A stretch of 64,000 bases of DNA, from the NCBI RefSeq assembly GCF_018350175.1, contig NC_058368.1, positions 36,272,001-36,336,000 on the forward strand, written 5' to 3'. The notes under the pieces are model-generated. The model did not search any database, was not told where the DNA came from, and was given only the letters and a program-made list of their open reading frames with translations. The position numbers and the translations under genes were made by a program. The stretch's first letter is position 1; every line of letters starts with the position of its first letter. Shown here one piece after another: positions 13,046-26,420 of the stretch. The stretch is from Felis catus (Eukaryota).

Positions 13046-13425
13046 AAAGGTACAGTTTTGTACATATTAGTAAATACTTGGAAACTCATAACTAAAACAT
13101 TTGTTTATTGATATGGAAATGTGTCTATATTTTATATGAAAAAAAAACCACACTATAGAACATGATATATATTATCCTACTTTAATTGTTACATTGTATT
13201 TACATGTGTTTATGCATGAAAAAATGTCTTAAAGATTATACTCCTAATTAACACAGTTCTCTTTGGGTGATTGGATGATGAGTGACTTTTTTGTACTTTT
13301 TTCTTTATATCTGTCCAATTTTAGATCTGTGCAAACGTTTACATAATGAGTGTGTATTATTTGAATAATCACAAAAATAATAAAGCCATTTCCATGTTCA
13401 AACACTGTGGTAAAAAACACCATTA

Positions 13426-13629
13426 TTTTTTTTAACTTTTATTTATTTTTGATAGAGAGAGAGAATGAAAGGGGAGGAGCAGAGACAGAGGGAGACACAG
13501 AATCCGAAGCAGGCTCCAGACTCTGAGATGTCAGCACAGAGCCCGACGTGGGGCTCAAACCCACGAACTGTGAGATCATGACCTGAGCCGAAGTCAGACT
13601 CTTAACCGACTGAGCCACCCAGGTGCCCC
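13426..13629 (-). mobile_element. Can-SINE
   Basis: Reverse-complement SINE consensus; degenerate TSD taaaaaa(c/at)acca. Confidence 0.95.
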
Positions 13630-13654
13630 TAAAAAATACCAGTATTTATTTTAG

Positions 13655-13830
13655 ATAGTGAGATGGTATAGAAAGAACACTGAACTTGTCATCAGCAAAA
13701 TGAGATCAAGTGTCAGTTTTCCAGTTTACTAGTCACGTGATGTTGGGCGAGCCACCCACAATTTCTGGTCCTCATCTGAAAACTGAGGCCAATAGTGCTA
13801 AGGATACTATCTCACAGTGATATCCTGTGG
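13655..13830 (+). mobile_element. MIR fragment
   Basis: 'tttactagtcacgtgatgttgggcgag...cctcatctgaaaa' MIR core. Confidence 0.6.
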
Positions 13831-14519
13831 CATGTGTTGGGATTGACATTTGATGTGTTATCCAATCTGCAAAACAACTCCTGATGTGCCTATTATTATC
13901 CCCATTGTGCAAAATGAAATATGGAGAGTATATATTGCAGTTCTTTGAAAAACATAATGTAAACCTTAGCTGTTCCTGCAATGTAATCAAGAAGAAATGC
14001 CTGCAGTGCCCAGTGTAGATATAGATGCCACACACAAGCTCTTTAAATAATATATAAATTAGATTCCATGAACATCAGGGTCCTCTAAGATCTTCAGCAA
14101 TTTGAGGAGAAACCTAGGAGTTCTCTGCCTGAAGATAGTGTCTGTGAAGACAGACATGTCAGTGATGCTCCATCCTACCTGCTGCCAGGGCTCTTGATTA
14201 AAGCCTTGCCTCTGAGAAATAGATTGCTGATTTATATATATTATCCTGTGGTAATACATATGAAAGTTTCAGTTACATACCTTTGTGTTTACTAAATTCA
14301 AGGTGTTTGCCATGCCAGTTTTGTGTGTATATGTTTGTATATACATAAACATATATATGTTTTATATATGTATATGCAAACATATTATTTTAAGTGCTTA
14401 GTTATCATTAATTACCTAGTACTCTCATTTAGATATGTTATCATTTATGGATACAGATGAGGAAACTGGGGTCAGGAACATGAGCCATGTGTAATACCAT
14501 ATTAAAAAAAATGTCTAGA

Positions 14520-14741
14520 GGGGCGCCTGGGTGGCGCAGTCGGTTAAGTGTCCGACTTCAGCCAGGTCACGATCTCACGGTCCGTGAGTTCGAGCCCCGC
14601 GTCAGGCTCTGGGCTGATGGCTCGGAGCCTGGAGCCTGTTTCCGATTCTGCGTCTCCCTCTCTCTCTGCCCCTCCCCCATTCATGCTCTGTCTCTCTCCC
14701 AAAAATAAATAAAAACGTTGAAAAAAAAATTTAATAAAAAA
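14520..14741 (+). mobile_element. Can-SINE, young SINEC_Fc type
   Basis: CpG-rich head; TSD aaaaaaaatgtctaga. Confidence 0.97.
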
Positions 14742-14802
14742 AATGTCTAGACTAATGCTATACAACCTAAGTGGAAAAACTAGTCCTAATGCACACTATT
14801 TC

Positions 14803-14985
14803 TTAGTTTTATTTATTTTTTTATTTTTAGACAGAGAGAGAGCAAGCAGGGGTAGGGGCTGAGAGAGAGCAAGAGGGAGAATCTTAAGCAGGCTCCATGC
14901 TGAGTGCAGAGCCCAACGTGGGTCTCATGACCCGAGCCAAAATCAAGAGTAGGCCACTTAACCGACTGAGCCACCCAGGTGCCCC
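14803..14985 (-). mobile_element. Can-SINE (older, internally deleted)
   Basis: Reverse-complement SINE; TSD cctaat(g/t)cacact. Confidence 0.9.
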
Positions 14986-14989
14986 TAAT

Positions 14990-15280
14990 TCACACTTCTT
15001 TACCTAAAACCTTTGAGGCTAGAAGTGGTTTAGAGTTCAGGAACTTCTGATTTCCAGAAAAGTAATTACATGCATTTGGTTTATGTAATGTGCGGAGATA
15101 TAGATACAACATCTTCAACAGGTATGTTCTCTGTAATCAAGCACATTGTTATTTGTGCACAGAAATCAATGGATATTCATACTAAGTAGGATAAATAGTC
15201 TTTAAACAGTCTTATATCAGTTTAAGTTTGGCTGCCAAATGAATTTGCACCAAACTTAGAGAAAACTTTTTGGTTCAATT
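14990..15280. mobile_element. MER46C-like Tigger derivative
   Basis: 'gtaatcaagcacatt...atattcatactaagtaggataaata...ctgccaaatgaatttgc...aaactttttggtt' resembles MER46C. Confidence 0.65.
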
Positions 15281-15938
15281 AAACTCTGTAACAAGACAGG
15301 AGGTGCTTCCGTTTTCTTCGAGTTGTTTTCAGGTTTTCATTTGCTCTTCATTTGCTTGCTCTTGCTGATGTGCCGGGAAGGTTCTCACAGTTGTAGAAAG
15401 AGATAATGTGAAGGCGCAGTGTTGACTCTTATCAGGAAGCATCATCACTAATGGCGCTAAAGAAGTTGCCTTTGGGGAGGGAAGTTTTTCCTTCCCAGCA
15501 TCAGTATGTACTCCCCAGATGAATAAAACGTATCCACGTGACTGGATGTAAAGAGCTGATAAATAGTTTCCTATGTAAAAGCTTTTAGAAGTCTTTAGTT
15601 TGCATGAAAACTTAACTCCTGACCTCTGCTCTCTGGGCTCCTGCTAATGGTAATGCTTATTACTATTTGAAGTTCCGCTGACCTACTTGGGAGTTATTTG
15701 TAATGTTGATATACTTAGGACTGTAGATATTTTCATAATCTGGTGATTATATGAGGAAGGGGAGTAAAGGGTACATTTTTTCCTGGACTTTAGATAGACT
15801 ATTCCTATCAGAAATAGGGAAAATAAATAGTGATTTTAGTTGGAGAAGTTTCCAAAAAGTGACTCACAGATTTTCCTGTTCAAAAGGAAGCAGATACCTA
15901 AAAGCTGATGTCAACACTTAGAATAAAATAATTGGATA

Positions 15939-16143
15939 GGGTTGCCTGGGTGGCTTAGTCGGTTAAGCATCCGACTTCGACTCAGGTCATGATCTTGCGG
16001 TTTGTGGGTTCAAGTCCCGCATCTGGCTCTGTACTGACAGCTTGGAGCCTGGAAGCTGCTTCAAATTCTGTGTCTCCCTCTCTCTGCCTTACCTGCCTTG
16101 TGCTCTCTCTGTCTCTCTAATATAAATACATAAACATTAAAAA
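15939..16143 (+). mobile_element. Can-SINE
   Basis: Head, CT body, AT tail; TSD tggata. Confidence 0.95.
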
Positions 16144-17749
16144 TGGATACGATATCTATGAAGGATATAATAAGGAGAAAGGGTATAAAAACAGTCTTTA
16201 AAACACCTCCTCTCCAAATCTTCCAGCGATTCCCTCAAGCTACATCCAACTATGATTGAAGAGAATTCTGAGGATTGAGGCATTTATCAAACTATAAGGA
16301 AGGAGACTTATAACTGCAGGTTAATGAAAAAAAGTCAGTCTGGCCAGTTCGTGATAGACTCGGGCACTCCTTTGTCTTCTTGGTTTATTCGTGGTTTTAC
16401 ATAGTCACATTATTTCAGGATTTTTTCTCTTTTTTCTCCTTCCCTTCACTTGTAGTCATTTTTCAGTTAATGGGCATGGGCTATAAATAATCTGGGCAGG
16501 AGAGAAGACAAGGTTGGGTCTTTAATGATGCTCCTCTGTCCTATGCTGTCTTTTATCTTTCCTTTGCCCAATGGCTTCTATTCTTTCAACATATGCTAAG
16601 GGGGCCAGAGCAAACATTTGGTGGACTCTCAACAATCTCAGAGGGAAAGAATTATCCTCTTTAAGAATGGGGAAATTGAGCCCAGAAAGGTTAGGTACCC
16701 TGTACAAGGATCATGTAGACATGAATAATAGAGCTTGCAGCCTTGCCTAATTCAAAACATGGAATCAGAACAACTTAGGAAAAAAAGAATTTTGTTGAAT
16801 ATATTGTCCAGCAAGCTTCTAGCAATAACTATACTCAATTAAATCGCACATAGAGGTATGTATTCTGTGGAGATATTTCTTAAAGGAATATAATTTATAG
16901 GAATAGTAACATTAATGATCAAGAGAAATGAACCAAAGAGTAAGGAAAACATATGAATGATTAAAACAAACTCCCCCCCCCCAACTTCCATATAGTCAGC
17001 ATGGACATTGCTTGTGTATAAATGGAATGAAAAGATGTCGTATAACTGTGCACATACCCATATAAGGTGACGAGAGTAGGAGATAAAAAATTTCCTAACG
17101 CAAATGGCTATTTTGTGTTTGGTGACAATTCAAAGAGACAAACAAAAAACAAACAAACAAAACACACAAAAACTGTCTACACTAGCTAGTTCAAATCTGC
17201 TTTCTTAAAGTAGACTCTAAGGGAGATTTGGTTCCTAATCTGTTCTATCAAAAATGTATCTTTTTGCCTCTGGGTGTTTTATTTACTTTTCCTGCATTTA
17301 AAGTCACACACCCACATTCCTTCCTCCCCATCTCTCTCTCTCTCTCTCTCTCTCTTCCTCTCCCCCCCAGCCCAGTCTCCCTCCCTCTCTCTCTCTCTCT
17401 CTCTCTCACACACACCTCACATGAAATATATTTGGAATAAGACATTTCCAGATCTAATCATAAATAATACGTTTCTAATGGAAGATGTCCAAAGCACTGT
17501 GATAGGCCTGTGGGGAATGCTATTATAGCTTAAAATCCTCTAATGAGACTTTATGACAACTGGTCTTATTAATCAAATGTTTGACAATACAGAGGACTCA
17601 TCAAGTCCTCTTCTTTAGCATGGTAAACAAAACTAATTTTTAATGTACATATTGACTCTCATTTTGATGTCTTGCTGGGGTAAAAAAGTCAGAATTTGAT
17701 GTTGAACTGAGTGTGTAAGCATGTACTCAATAAGTCGAACCCACACACA

Positions 17750-19751
17750 AAACTATCAGCAAGAACTCAGAGGAAGAATAAAACCATATAGATCTGATAT
17801 GTCTGATATATAGGTGTAGTAAAAACAAATAAATATTCAAGAAATAAAGTTTTAAAAATTGGTCTGGGCATCAAGGAATATAAAAATGTTAATTAGATTT
17901 GTGACCTCCTGTTTCCCCTGTTAAATATGAAATAATTTTATATGTCAACAGGATAAAATTGAAAGAAAATTATTGAAAACAGGAGTTTTTAAAACCTAAC
18001 TTATCCTCCTTATGCCTAAAATACATTACTATTTCCAGATAATGAAAAATTACTGGAATTAAATACAATGGTCTGAAAGTTACGATTATAAAAAGCTCAT
18101 TAAAATTGATAAGAAAAACAGTGAGACCCCAATATGAAAATGAGCAAAGGACATGAACAAACAATACATGCCAGCAGAGATAATTAGCAAGCAAACATAT
18201 GGGAAAATATTTAACCTTGCTAGTTATAAAAAAAAAAAAAAAAAGAAACTAAAATAACACTGTGTTCATACCATATCATTTAAATGTGTAGAAGAATTAT
18301 ATTCTGGTGAATTCTACCAAATGTTTAAAAAAGAATTAACATCAATCCTTCACAAACTCTTCCAAAACACAGAAGAGGAAGAAATACTTCCCAGTTCCTT
18401 CTATGAGCTTCTATTATCCTTACACTGAAGCCAGATGAAAACATCACAAGAATGTTCATATTCATGAGATATTCATAACCAATATCTCTTATGAATATAA
18501 ATGTGAAAATCCTCAACAATATCCTAGCAAACCAAATCCTGTAACATATAAAAAGACTATATGCCATGATCAAGTAGGTTTTATCCCAGGAATGCATGGG
18601 TAGTTTAACATATAAAAATCAATCTATGTAGCATAACACATTAATAGAATGAAAGGGGAAAAAATTACATGATAATCTCAGTAGACACAGAAAAAACATT
18701 TGACAAAACCCAATACACTTTCATGAGAAAAACACTCAAAACCTAAAAATAGAAGGGAACTCCCTTTCTATTTTTATATTTTTTATATCTTAATATTTTT
18801 AGATCTTTGTATTTTTAACTTTATTAAGGAACTCCCATATACTTAATAAAGACCACTTATAAAAACCCATAGCTAACATAATACTCAGTGGTGAACGACT
18901 AGATGCTTTCCCCCAAGATCAGGAACAAGACAAGAATGTTTGCTCTCACCACTTCAATTTGATATTATAATAGAGATTTGGGAAAATAGGCAGGAAAAAA
19001 AAAGTGGAAAGGAAGAAGTACAATTATATGTATTGCATATGATATAATCTTATATATAGGAAATCTAAAGGAATTCACAAAAGCGATCAGAACTTATAAA
19101 TAAGTTTAGCAAGGTTGTAGGATATATGATCAATAGCCAAAAATCAATTGTATTTCTACAGACTATCATGAACAATCTGTAAATGAAATTCACAAAGTCA
19201 TCATATTTGTGATAGCATAAAGAAGAATAAAGTGCTAAGAAATAAATCTAACAAAATGTATGCAAGACTTGTACACTGAAATCTAGAAAATATTGTTAAA
19301 AAAAAAGATGACCTAAACAAATGGAAAGATACTTTGTATTCATGGGTTAGAAGAGTTAATATTGTTAACATGGCAACACACCCCAAATTAATTTGCAGAT
19401 TCAACATAATACCTATCAAAACCTCAGCTAACTTTTTTGGGTAGAAATTGACAAGCTTAATATAAAAGTCATACGGAAATCTATGAAACCTAGAATAGCC
19501 AAAAAAATCTTGATAAAGTTGGAAGACACACTCTTCTGGATTTCAAAATTAACTGCAAAGATACAGTAATCAAGACAGTGTAGGGGTTCCTGGGTGGCTC
19601 AGTCAATTAAGCATCCAAATCTTGATTTCAGTTCAGGACATGATCTCACGGTTCATGGGTTGGAGCCCTGCATCAGGCTCTGCACTGACAGTGTGGATCC
19701 TGCTTACAATCCTCTCTCTCCCTCTCTCTCTGCCCCTCCCCTGCTTGTGCG

Positions 19752-19799
<48 letters not shown>

Positions 19800-21050
19800 G
19801 TAAATAAACAAACTTAAAACTTTTTGTTTTAAAAGTGTGTAACTGGCATAGGATAGAAATATAGATCAATGGAATTGAATTAACAATCCAGAAATAAACC
19901 CTTGTACTTAAGGTCAACTGATTTTCATTAAGAATGCCAAGAAATTCAACAGGGGAAAGAACAGTCTTTCAACAAACAGTGTTGGAACAACTGGACATCC
20001 ACATAAAAAGAACAGAATTGGATCATACTTCACACAAAAATTAACTCAAAATGGTTCATCTACTTAAATGTAAGAGCTAAGACTGTAAACCTCTTAGAAG
20101 AAAACATAGGCATAAATCTATAATCTGGGATTAGGGAATGGTTTCTTAGATACTACAGCAACAGCATAAGTGACATAAAGATAGAATAAGTAAATTGGAC
20201 TCCATCAAAATTAAAAACATGAGTGCCTCAAATGATACCATTAAGAAAGTGAAAAGACAACCCAAGGAGTGAAAGAAAACACTAACAAATCATATATGAA
20301 GTGTATTCAAAATATATAAAGAACTCTCACAATTCAACAAAAAAGAAAAATGACCCAATCAAAAATGGCCAACACATGAAAAAAATTTTCAACATCTTCA
20401 TTCATTTGACAAATTGAAATTAAACAACAATAAGATACCACTTCACATGCACTAGGATGGCTATAATAAAAAAGACTGATAATGAGTGTTGGCCAGGATG
20501 TGGAGAAATTAGAATTCTCAGACATTGCCTGTGGGAATGTGAAATGGTACATTTTCCAAAACAGTTTACCAATTTCTCATAAAGTTAAACATAGAGTTAC
20601 CATCACCCAGCAATCCCACTCCTGGTTATATGTATGTAAGAGGATGTGAAATATATCCACACAAAAGCCTTTACACAAATGCTCATAGCAGCATTATTGT
20701 TAATAGCCCCAAAGTGGAAACAACCCAATTGTCCATCAACTGAAGAATCAATAAAAACATGTATCTTATCCATACATTGGAATATTATTCAGCCGTAAAA
20801 AGGAAGGAAACACTGATTCATACTACGACATGGATGAACCTAAAAAACAAGACTTAGTGAAAGAAGACAGACATGAAAGATCACGTGATGTATGATTCCA
20901 GTTACAGGAAATGTCCACAATAGGAAAATCCATAGACACAGAAAGTAGATTAGTGGCTGTCAAGATCTGAGAGGAGGGGAAAATTGGGAGTGACTGCTAA
21001 TGGGTATGGGTGGTATATGAGTATCTCAATAAAGCTTTCATTGAAAAAAA
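17750..21050 (+). mobile_element. Old L1 (L1M-type) ORF2 and 3' UTR relic
   Basis: RT-region sequence ('ttttatcccaggaatgca', 'atctcagtagacacagaaaaaacatttgacaaa') running to a 3' UTR with AATAAA at ~21028; many stops; the older fragment before ~18300 is less certain. Confidence 0.9.
19583..19820 (+). mobile_element. Can-SINE inserted in L1
   Basis: Head, (CT)n, tail. Confidence 0.95.
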
Positions 21051-21315
21051 TTAATGTTGGCAAGACTGGTGAAATTGGTCTTATACAATATATATGTTAT
21101 ACATTGCTAACACTTTAGAAATTAGTACAATCATTTTCTAAAACAAATTTGCCTATATGTTCCAAGAGCCATACCAGTCTTCCCATCCAGTAATCCTCTC
21201 CTTGGGAAATCAGGGCACGCTCAGTATCAAAACAGTGAAAAAGTTACATGCTCAAAGATATTCTTTCCAAAAGATCTGAAAACACATCAAACGTCTTAGA
21301 AAATGAGAATAAATA

Positions 21316-21520
21316 GAGGCACCTGGGTGACTCAGTCAGTTGAGTGTCCAACTCTTGATTTCAGCTCAGGTCATGATCCCAGGGTCATCAGATCGAATTC
21401 CATGTCAGGCTCCGTGCTGAGTGTGGAGCCTGCTTAAAATTTTCTTTCCCTCTGCCCTCTCCCCTGCTCGCTCTCTAAATACATAAATAAATAACAAAAA
21501 CAAAAAACAAAAAAAAAAAC
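21316..21520 (+). mobile_element. Can-SINE
   Basis: Head, CT body, A tail; flanking repeat gaaaatgagaata. Confidence 0.93.
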
Positions 21521-22187
21521 CTTACCGAAAATGAGAATAGGTAACTAAATAATAGTATATCAATTTAATGAAATATTTTTTCAAAAGGAAAATTGATACA
21601 GATATGATTACACTTTAAATTATTGATACCTATAGGAACAGATGGACAAAGAAAATGGACACAGGAGAAGTGATTTGTTAGTGTGCTTTAATCACTGGGA
21701 TCTCACTCCTGCATTTCTCATATTAGCTTCTGAGGAGTATGAATTTACTACAATGTTCTTTGCTACTATGATGCTGTTATATTGAAAATAATTTTGAACT
21801 ATTTGAAGGAGGATTTAAGAGTGTTCTTTTGGCTATGTGTGGCACATCCAAAAAGATGGTGAGTACTGTAGATTTCTAGAAGATGTTTCTGACCAGTGGA
21901 ACACAGTGACACCGGAAGACCAAACTGGGTGAAGTGAGGAGGTGAGGAACCTACCCTGTCTGCACAGCAGCCTGGCTTGGAATGTCCCCGGAAGAGCATC
22001 CACGCGGGGGGTAAGCCATGAACGTCTCCACGGACAAAAGCTAAGACTACACACTATGTATCCTGAGAAGGAAATTTGTAATTACAGGAAGGATGAGCTT
22101 AAAGAATGTTCCTTATATGAATCTGAGACTGAAACATGTCATGAGATATTTTTAAAAAAACTTAAAAAAAAAAAAGAAAAAAGAGAT

Positions 22188-22410
22188 GGGGGCTTCTGGG
22201 TGGTTCAGTGGGTCAAGCTTCTGACTCTTGACTTCTGTTCAGGTCATCATGTAGCAGTGGTGAGATCTAGCCCCCCATCGGGGCTGTCAGTGCAGAGCCT
22301 GCTTAGGATTCTCTCTGTCTATCTCTCTCTGTCTCTCTCTCTCTCCCACTCGCTCCACTCCTTGCCCACACTCCCCCCACCTCAAAATAAATAAATAAAA
22401 CTTAAACAAA
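22188..22410 (+). mobile_element. Can-SINE (older)
   Basis: Head, CT body, AATAAA tail; TSD aaaagagat. Confidence 0.92.
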
Positions 22411-22559
22411 AGAGATAAAATATACTTCTACAATTTTAAAGATTAAAGCATTCTATATATACATTTATACACAGTAAGTGTATACTTACATATAGTATAC
22501 ACAAATAAGTCTAGTATATATTATATACAAATAAGCATGTGTTTACATACTTACATAAA

Positions 22560-22930
22560 CATATACATTCATATACAGTAAAATATACAAATCCTAAGTC
22601 TATAACTGGGTGGATATTTACATAAGTATAAATTAATCTTGTCACCGTCCAGATCAAGACAGAACTCTCCTGGAGGCAGCACAGTGCTCATGTGCAGCTG
22701 AGAGCCCTGCCGACAGTAGTTGCTATCTGACCTGTATCACCAGCGATTAGGTTTGTTGCTTTTGAACTTGATAAAAAAGGAATTATTCAGCATGCATTCT
22801 TTTGTGTCCCCCTTTTCTTGCTCACCATTATATCTGGGAGATTCATCCATGATGTGCATGTAGCTAGAATTCATTCTTTTTTTTCATTGCTTTGTAGAAC
22901 TGTCACTGGATTTACAATTTCTGTAATCCG
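22560..22930 (-). mobile_element. Old L1M 3' fragment
   Basis: 'gagattcatccatgatgtgcatgtagc...ttcattcttttt' typical antisense L1M 3' UTR. Confidence 0.65.
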
Positions 22931-24635
22931 TCTCCTGCAGAACATACAAAGGTTAGTGAATTTCCTTTTATTTAAATTTCACTCTGATGTTAAACAAATG
23001 CTTGATTAAGTAAACTATCTGAAGAGGAGAAAATTTGAAATAATAATAATAAAAAAATCCCCTTGAATGCAATTGGTTCCCATAGGCAGTCAGACTATCA
23101 GCTAGAGACCTGTTACTTCTGAATAAATTCAATGGACAGATGTTTGAAAAAATCAGTAGCATTGTATGGTGATCCTGTGTAGAGCAGGCAGAGCTGGATA
23201 GCAGAGGGATTGACCACCTGGCCAAAGTGGTTCCACAAGGGAAATTTGCAAGCCTGGAAGGGTTTTCAGGACGCACACAGTGATCACACCATGTTTTGGA
23301 TTCCTGGGTATGAGGCACATGCAATGTGATTCCAGTGGCCTTGTTCTGTCCTATCATAAAACCATCTCCCTGTTTCGGGCAGAAGACCAGGTTAGATTCC
23401 AGTGAGAGTGACCTCAGGCTTCTGTAAACCTCAGGCTTCCAGGTAACAGCAGACAGGCACTGGTCAGGAAGGGAGGAGAAAGTCCTAAGAGCGGCAAACG
23501 TTCTGCGTGTTCACAGCATGTTTTTGGAGGACACCAGAAGCTAGATTATGTTAATTAATAATAGTAATGGTAAAAATAATATCAGTAGTGTAAGTCTGTT
23601 CTTGTTTAACAGGGAGATTGGGGCAGGTGTTTTCTGCATCTACAGCTGGTGACCTTCTCAGTGGTTTTTCTCCCTCTCTGCACTGCCTTCTCCCCCTCGG
23701 AGTTTGGTGTCCTGAATCCTTATTTCCTAGAAAGGTAAGGTAATTACTGACTTGTGAATCTAGGGAAACTGGCAGGTAAGCTGGCTGGCTGCTTGCCAAT
23801 CTAGCTTTCTATTGACGGGGGAAATACTCTTTGTTTTTCATAACTAAACATATTAAAATGTATAGAACATATTTGGAACAGTTAAATAGTTTCACTTTCT
23901 CCATAATTAAGGTAAAACAAAATTATGTTCTAGCATAAGTTAGCACTGTTCCTAAGATCTGTGCGACCTTGGGGAAATTACTTCTTGTAATCTGAGTTTC
24001 CTCAACTGTAAAACTATGAGCTTAAATTAAGAGATATCTAAAGTGCATTTTTAAATGCTGATATAATTTATTTCTAGTTCAAGTCATGAGAGAATCTTTA
24101 AAAAAAAAAAGTTTCCCTTTGATATTAGCTTTAGTTAGTCAATACTACATTAGTATTGACCCCAAGAACCAAACATTTGATTTAGAATGCCTTAGAATTA
24201 TATTCTGCTTGAGTTTGGGTGCTACAGTTGGAGATCACAATGTATCGTATGGAAGTAGCAGGTGAGCACCAGGAGGCAAAATAACAATTGCCTCTTGAAA
24301 AAGAGTGATGAGACCCTGATCAAAGAGTGGTCTTTTGGGTTTAGATAGAAAAAGGACCAAATGTCAGATAACATTAGATTAATTTGAGATCCTGCAAACA
24401 TTTAGGTCAGGCTAACAAATTTATCTTCATTTGAGCTCTAAGCAACCTGTGTGCCAGGTGTTTATTACTCTTGGGCAAGTGCTTTCTGTTTATCTGGGAA
24501 GAGTTGATTGAGACATGAGTCTCCATTATATAGGTGTGGCATTAAGTGATAGGACGTTGGCATTCCAAACCCATGTTGTAAGGAACCATTTTTTTATGAA
24601 GAAGAAATGTTCATGATTAAGAATTTCTTAGGCAA

Positions 24636-24862
24636 GGGGCACCTGGGTGGCACAGTAGGTTAAGTGTCTGACTTCGGCTCAGGTCATGATCTTGTGATTC
24701 ATGAGTTCAAGCCCCACGTAGGGCTCTGTGCTGACAGCTCAGAGCCTGGAGCCTGCTTTGGATTCTGTGTCTCCCTCTCTCTGCCCCTCCCCTGCTCTCT
24801 CTCTCTGTCTCTGTGTCTCTCTCAAAAATAAATAAACATTAAAAAAATTAAATATAAAAAAA
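24636..24862 (+). mobile_element. Can-SINE
   Basis: Full element; TSD aatttcttag. Confidence 0.95.
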
Positions 24863-25083
24863 TAATTTCTTAGATAAAATGTGGGTTAGATTCATGCTTA
24901 AATTATGTGCAATCGTAAGGCCATCACCAGAGAAAAATGTGGTCATCCTCCATGGAATTATGCGTATTCAGGCAAAAGTATTCCTGATGAACATCCCTCA
25001 TTTTTGGTGCCCACTGTACAATAACCCCAGCTGTCAAGTGCTGATGCAAGGCATGGAAATTCCATTTTTCTTTTCCTTTACAG

Positions 25084-25130
25084 AAAACACAAAGATCCTC
25101 CCATGCAATCTTCCAGGCTATTGTCATACG
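25084..25130 (+). other. Candidate internal exon B (47 nt)
   Basis: Branch-like ctgat at 25041, strong acceptor ccatttttcttttcctttacag|, donor ACG|GTATGA followed by T-rich sequence. Confidence 0.45.
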
Positions 25131-26169
25131 GTATGATTTATGTATTTCTTGTATGTTTCTTTCTTTTTAAATTTGGAAGTATATTCTTTTGTTTTATTGG
25201 GCTATTTATTCTCTTGACATCCTTGGGTGTGAGTTAATGGAACCATGATAAAAGGATAGAGAAGTAGAACAAACAAGTCTGATGGTATAGATTCAGGACT
25301 ACCTGACAGATTAGGGATGGCAAGGATAGGAATAAGAGATAAAATCACCTGATTCATGTGCACTGAGATGGTCCAAATAAACCAGTGCTTGAAGGTTTTG
25401 CTCTGCTGTGACTCTGAAAAATAAATGCAGGAAAAACTGGGTTATGATTATAGGGTTTAAGAAAAGACATTTGTTTCCCTTTATTAAGTTAATTTTGATA
25501 CCTAAAACATAAATGCTTAGCCTAAGAGCTTAGCACAGTGCTTTACATTAAATGAGCATTTGGTAAGTATTTGTTAAATAAAGTCAAGAAGAGAAGTTGA
25601 TGGATGTGAACATGAGGGGGTAGAGGGGCAGACATCTATTATTTTGTCTGCCCAGAAGAGCCCCTACCCCCTTTCTGACCATGTCCCATCCATGTGGCTG
25701 AGATTGGAAGTTGCTACCATCCTACAGATCTTACTGGTCATGATCCAAACTAAAATAATCCCAGTGCTTTCCCTCTGCTGTAATTGGTCCAGAAAAGTAC
25801 ACTGAACACAAGCTGAATCAGCTGGGGGAGTGGGATTCCCCAGGATTTTTCCCCAAGTAGAACTATGGAAAATCATGATAAAGCTGGAATAACATAAACG
25901 TTGAGAACTGTTGGTGGTTACTCGCACATACCCAGGAGGAAATAAGATTGACATGGTAAAGCCAACCCACAGTTAAAAACAAGAAAGGGAAAAGAATTCT
26001 GACCATATCTGTCTCTGGTTGCAGGTATCCCAAAAGGCCCAGTTTTTCCACTGTCCCTTGTGAGATTTGGTCACTGGAGCCAACACTTGCCCCTTTACTA
26101 AAGCTCAAAGATTCCAACCTAGTACAAGGGACGATTAAAACTGAAGTCGAACTGGGCTGACTCTAAACA

Positions 26170-26420
26170 GTGTAAGATCAAGGATCATGTCTTTCATCTT
26201 TACAACAGCATTACACAAAATAGTGTTTGGTACACAGTTGGCAGGCATTCAAAATATATTTATTCAATGTCCAGGAAACATGCTAGGTGCTGAGAATAAA
26301 ACAGTGAGCAAGACAAATGCATTCCTTGCCCTTAAGAAGCTTTCAGTCAAGTGGAAAGTACAGACAAGATAACTGGCAATGAAAATCAAAAGTGATGCTT
26401 CTTGATAGAGGAATACTTCA
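26170..26420. mobile_element. L2 3' fragments
   Basis: 'ttggtacacagttggcaggcattcaaaatatatttattcaatg...ctaggtgctgaga' L2 tail motifs in both orientations. Confidence 0.55.

Noticed and set aside
21942..22394. 150-aa ORF (similarly 38081-38536, 52285-52713, 42179-42562)
   Set aside because: Length comes from reading through SINE or microsatellite sequence; no recognisable domain.
24138..24160. Perfect 10-bp hairpin gtcaatacta-cat-tagtattgac
   Set aside because: Too short for a pre-miRNA and plausible by chance in 64 kb of AT-rich DNA.
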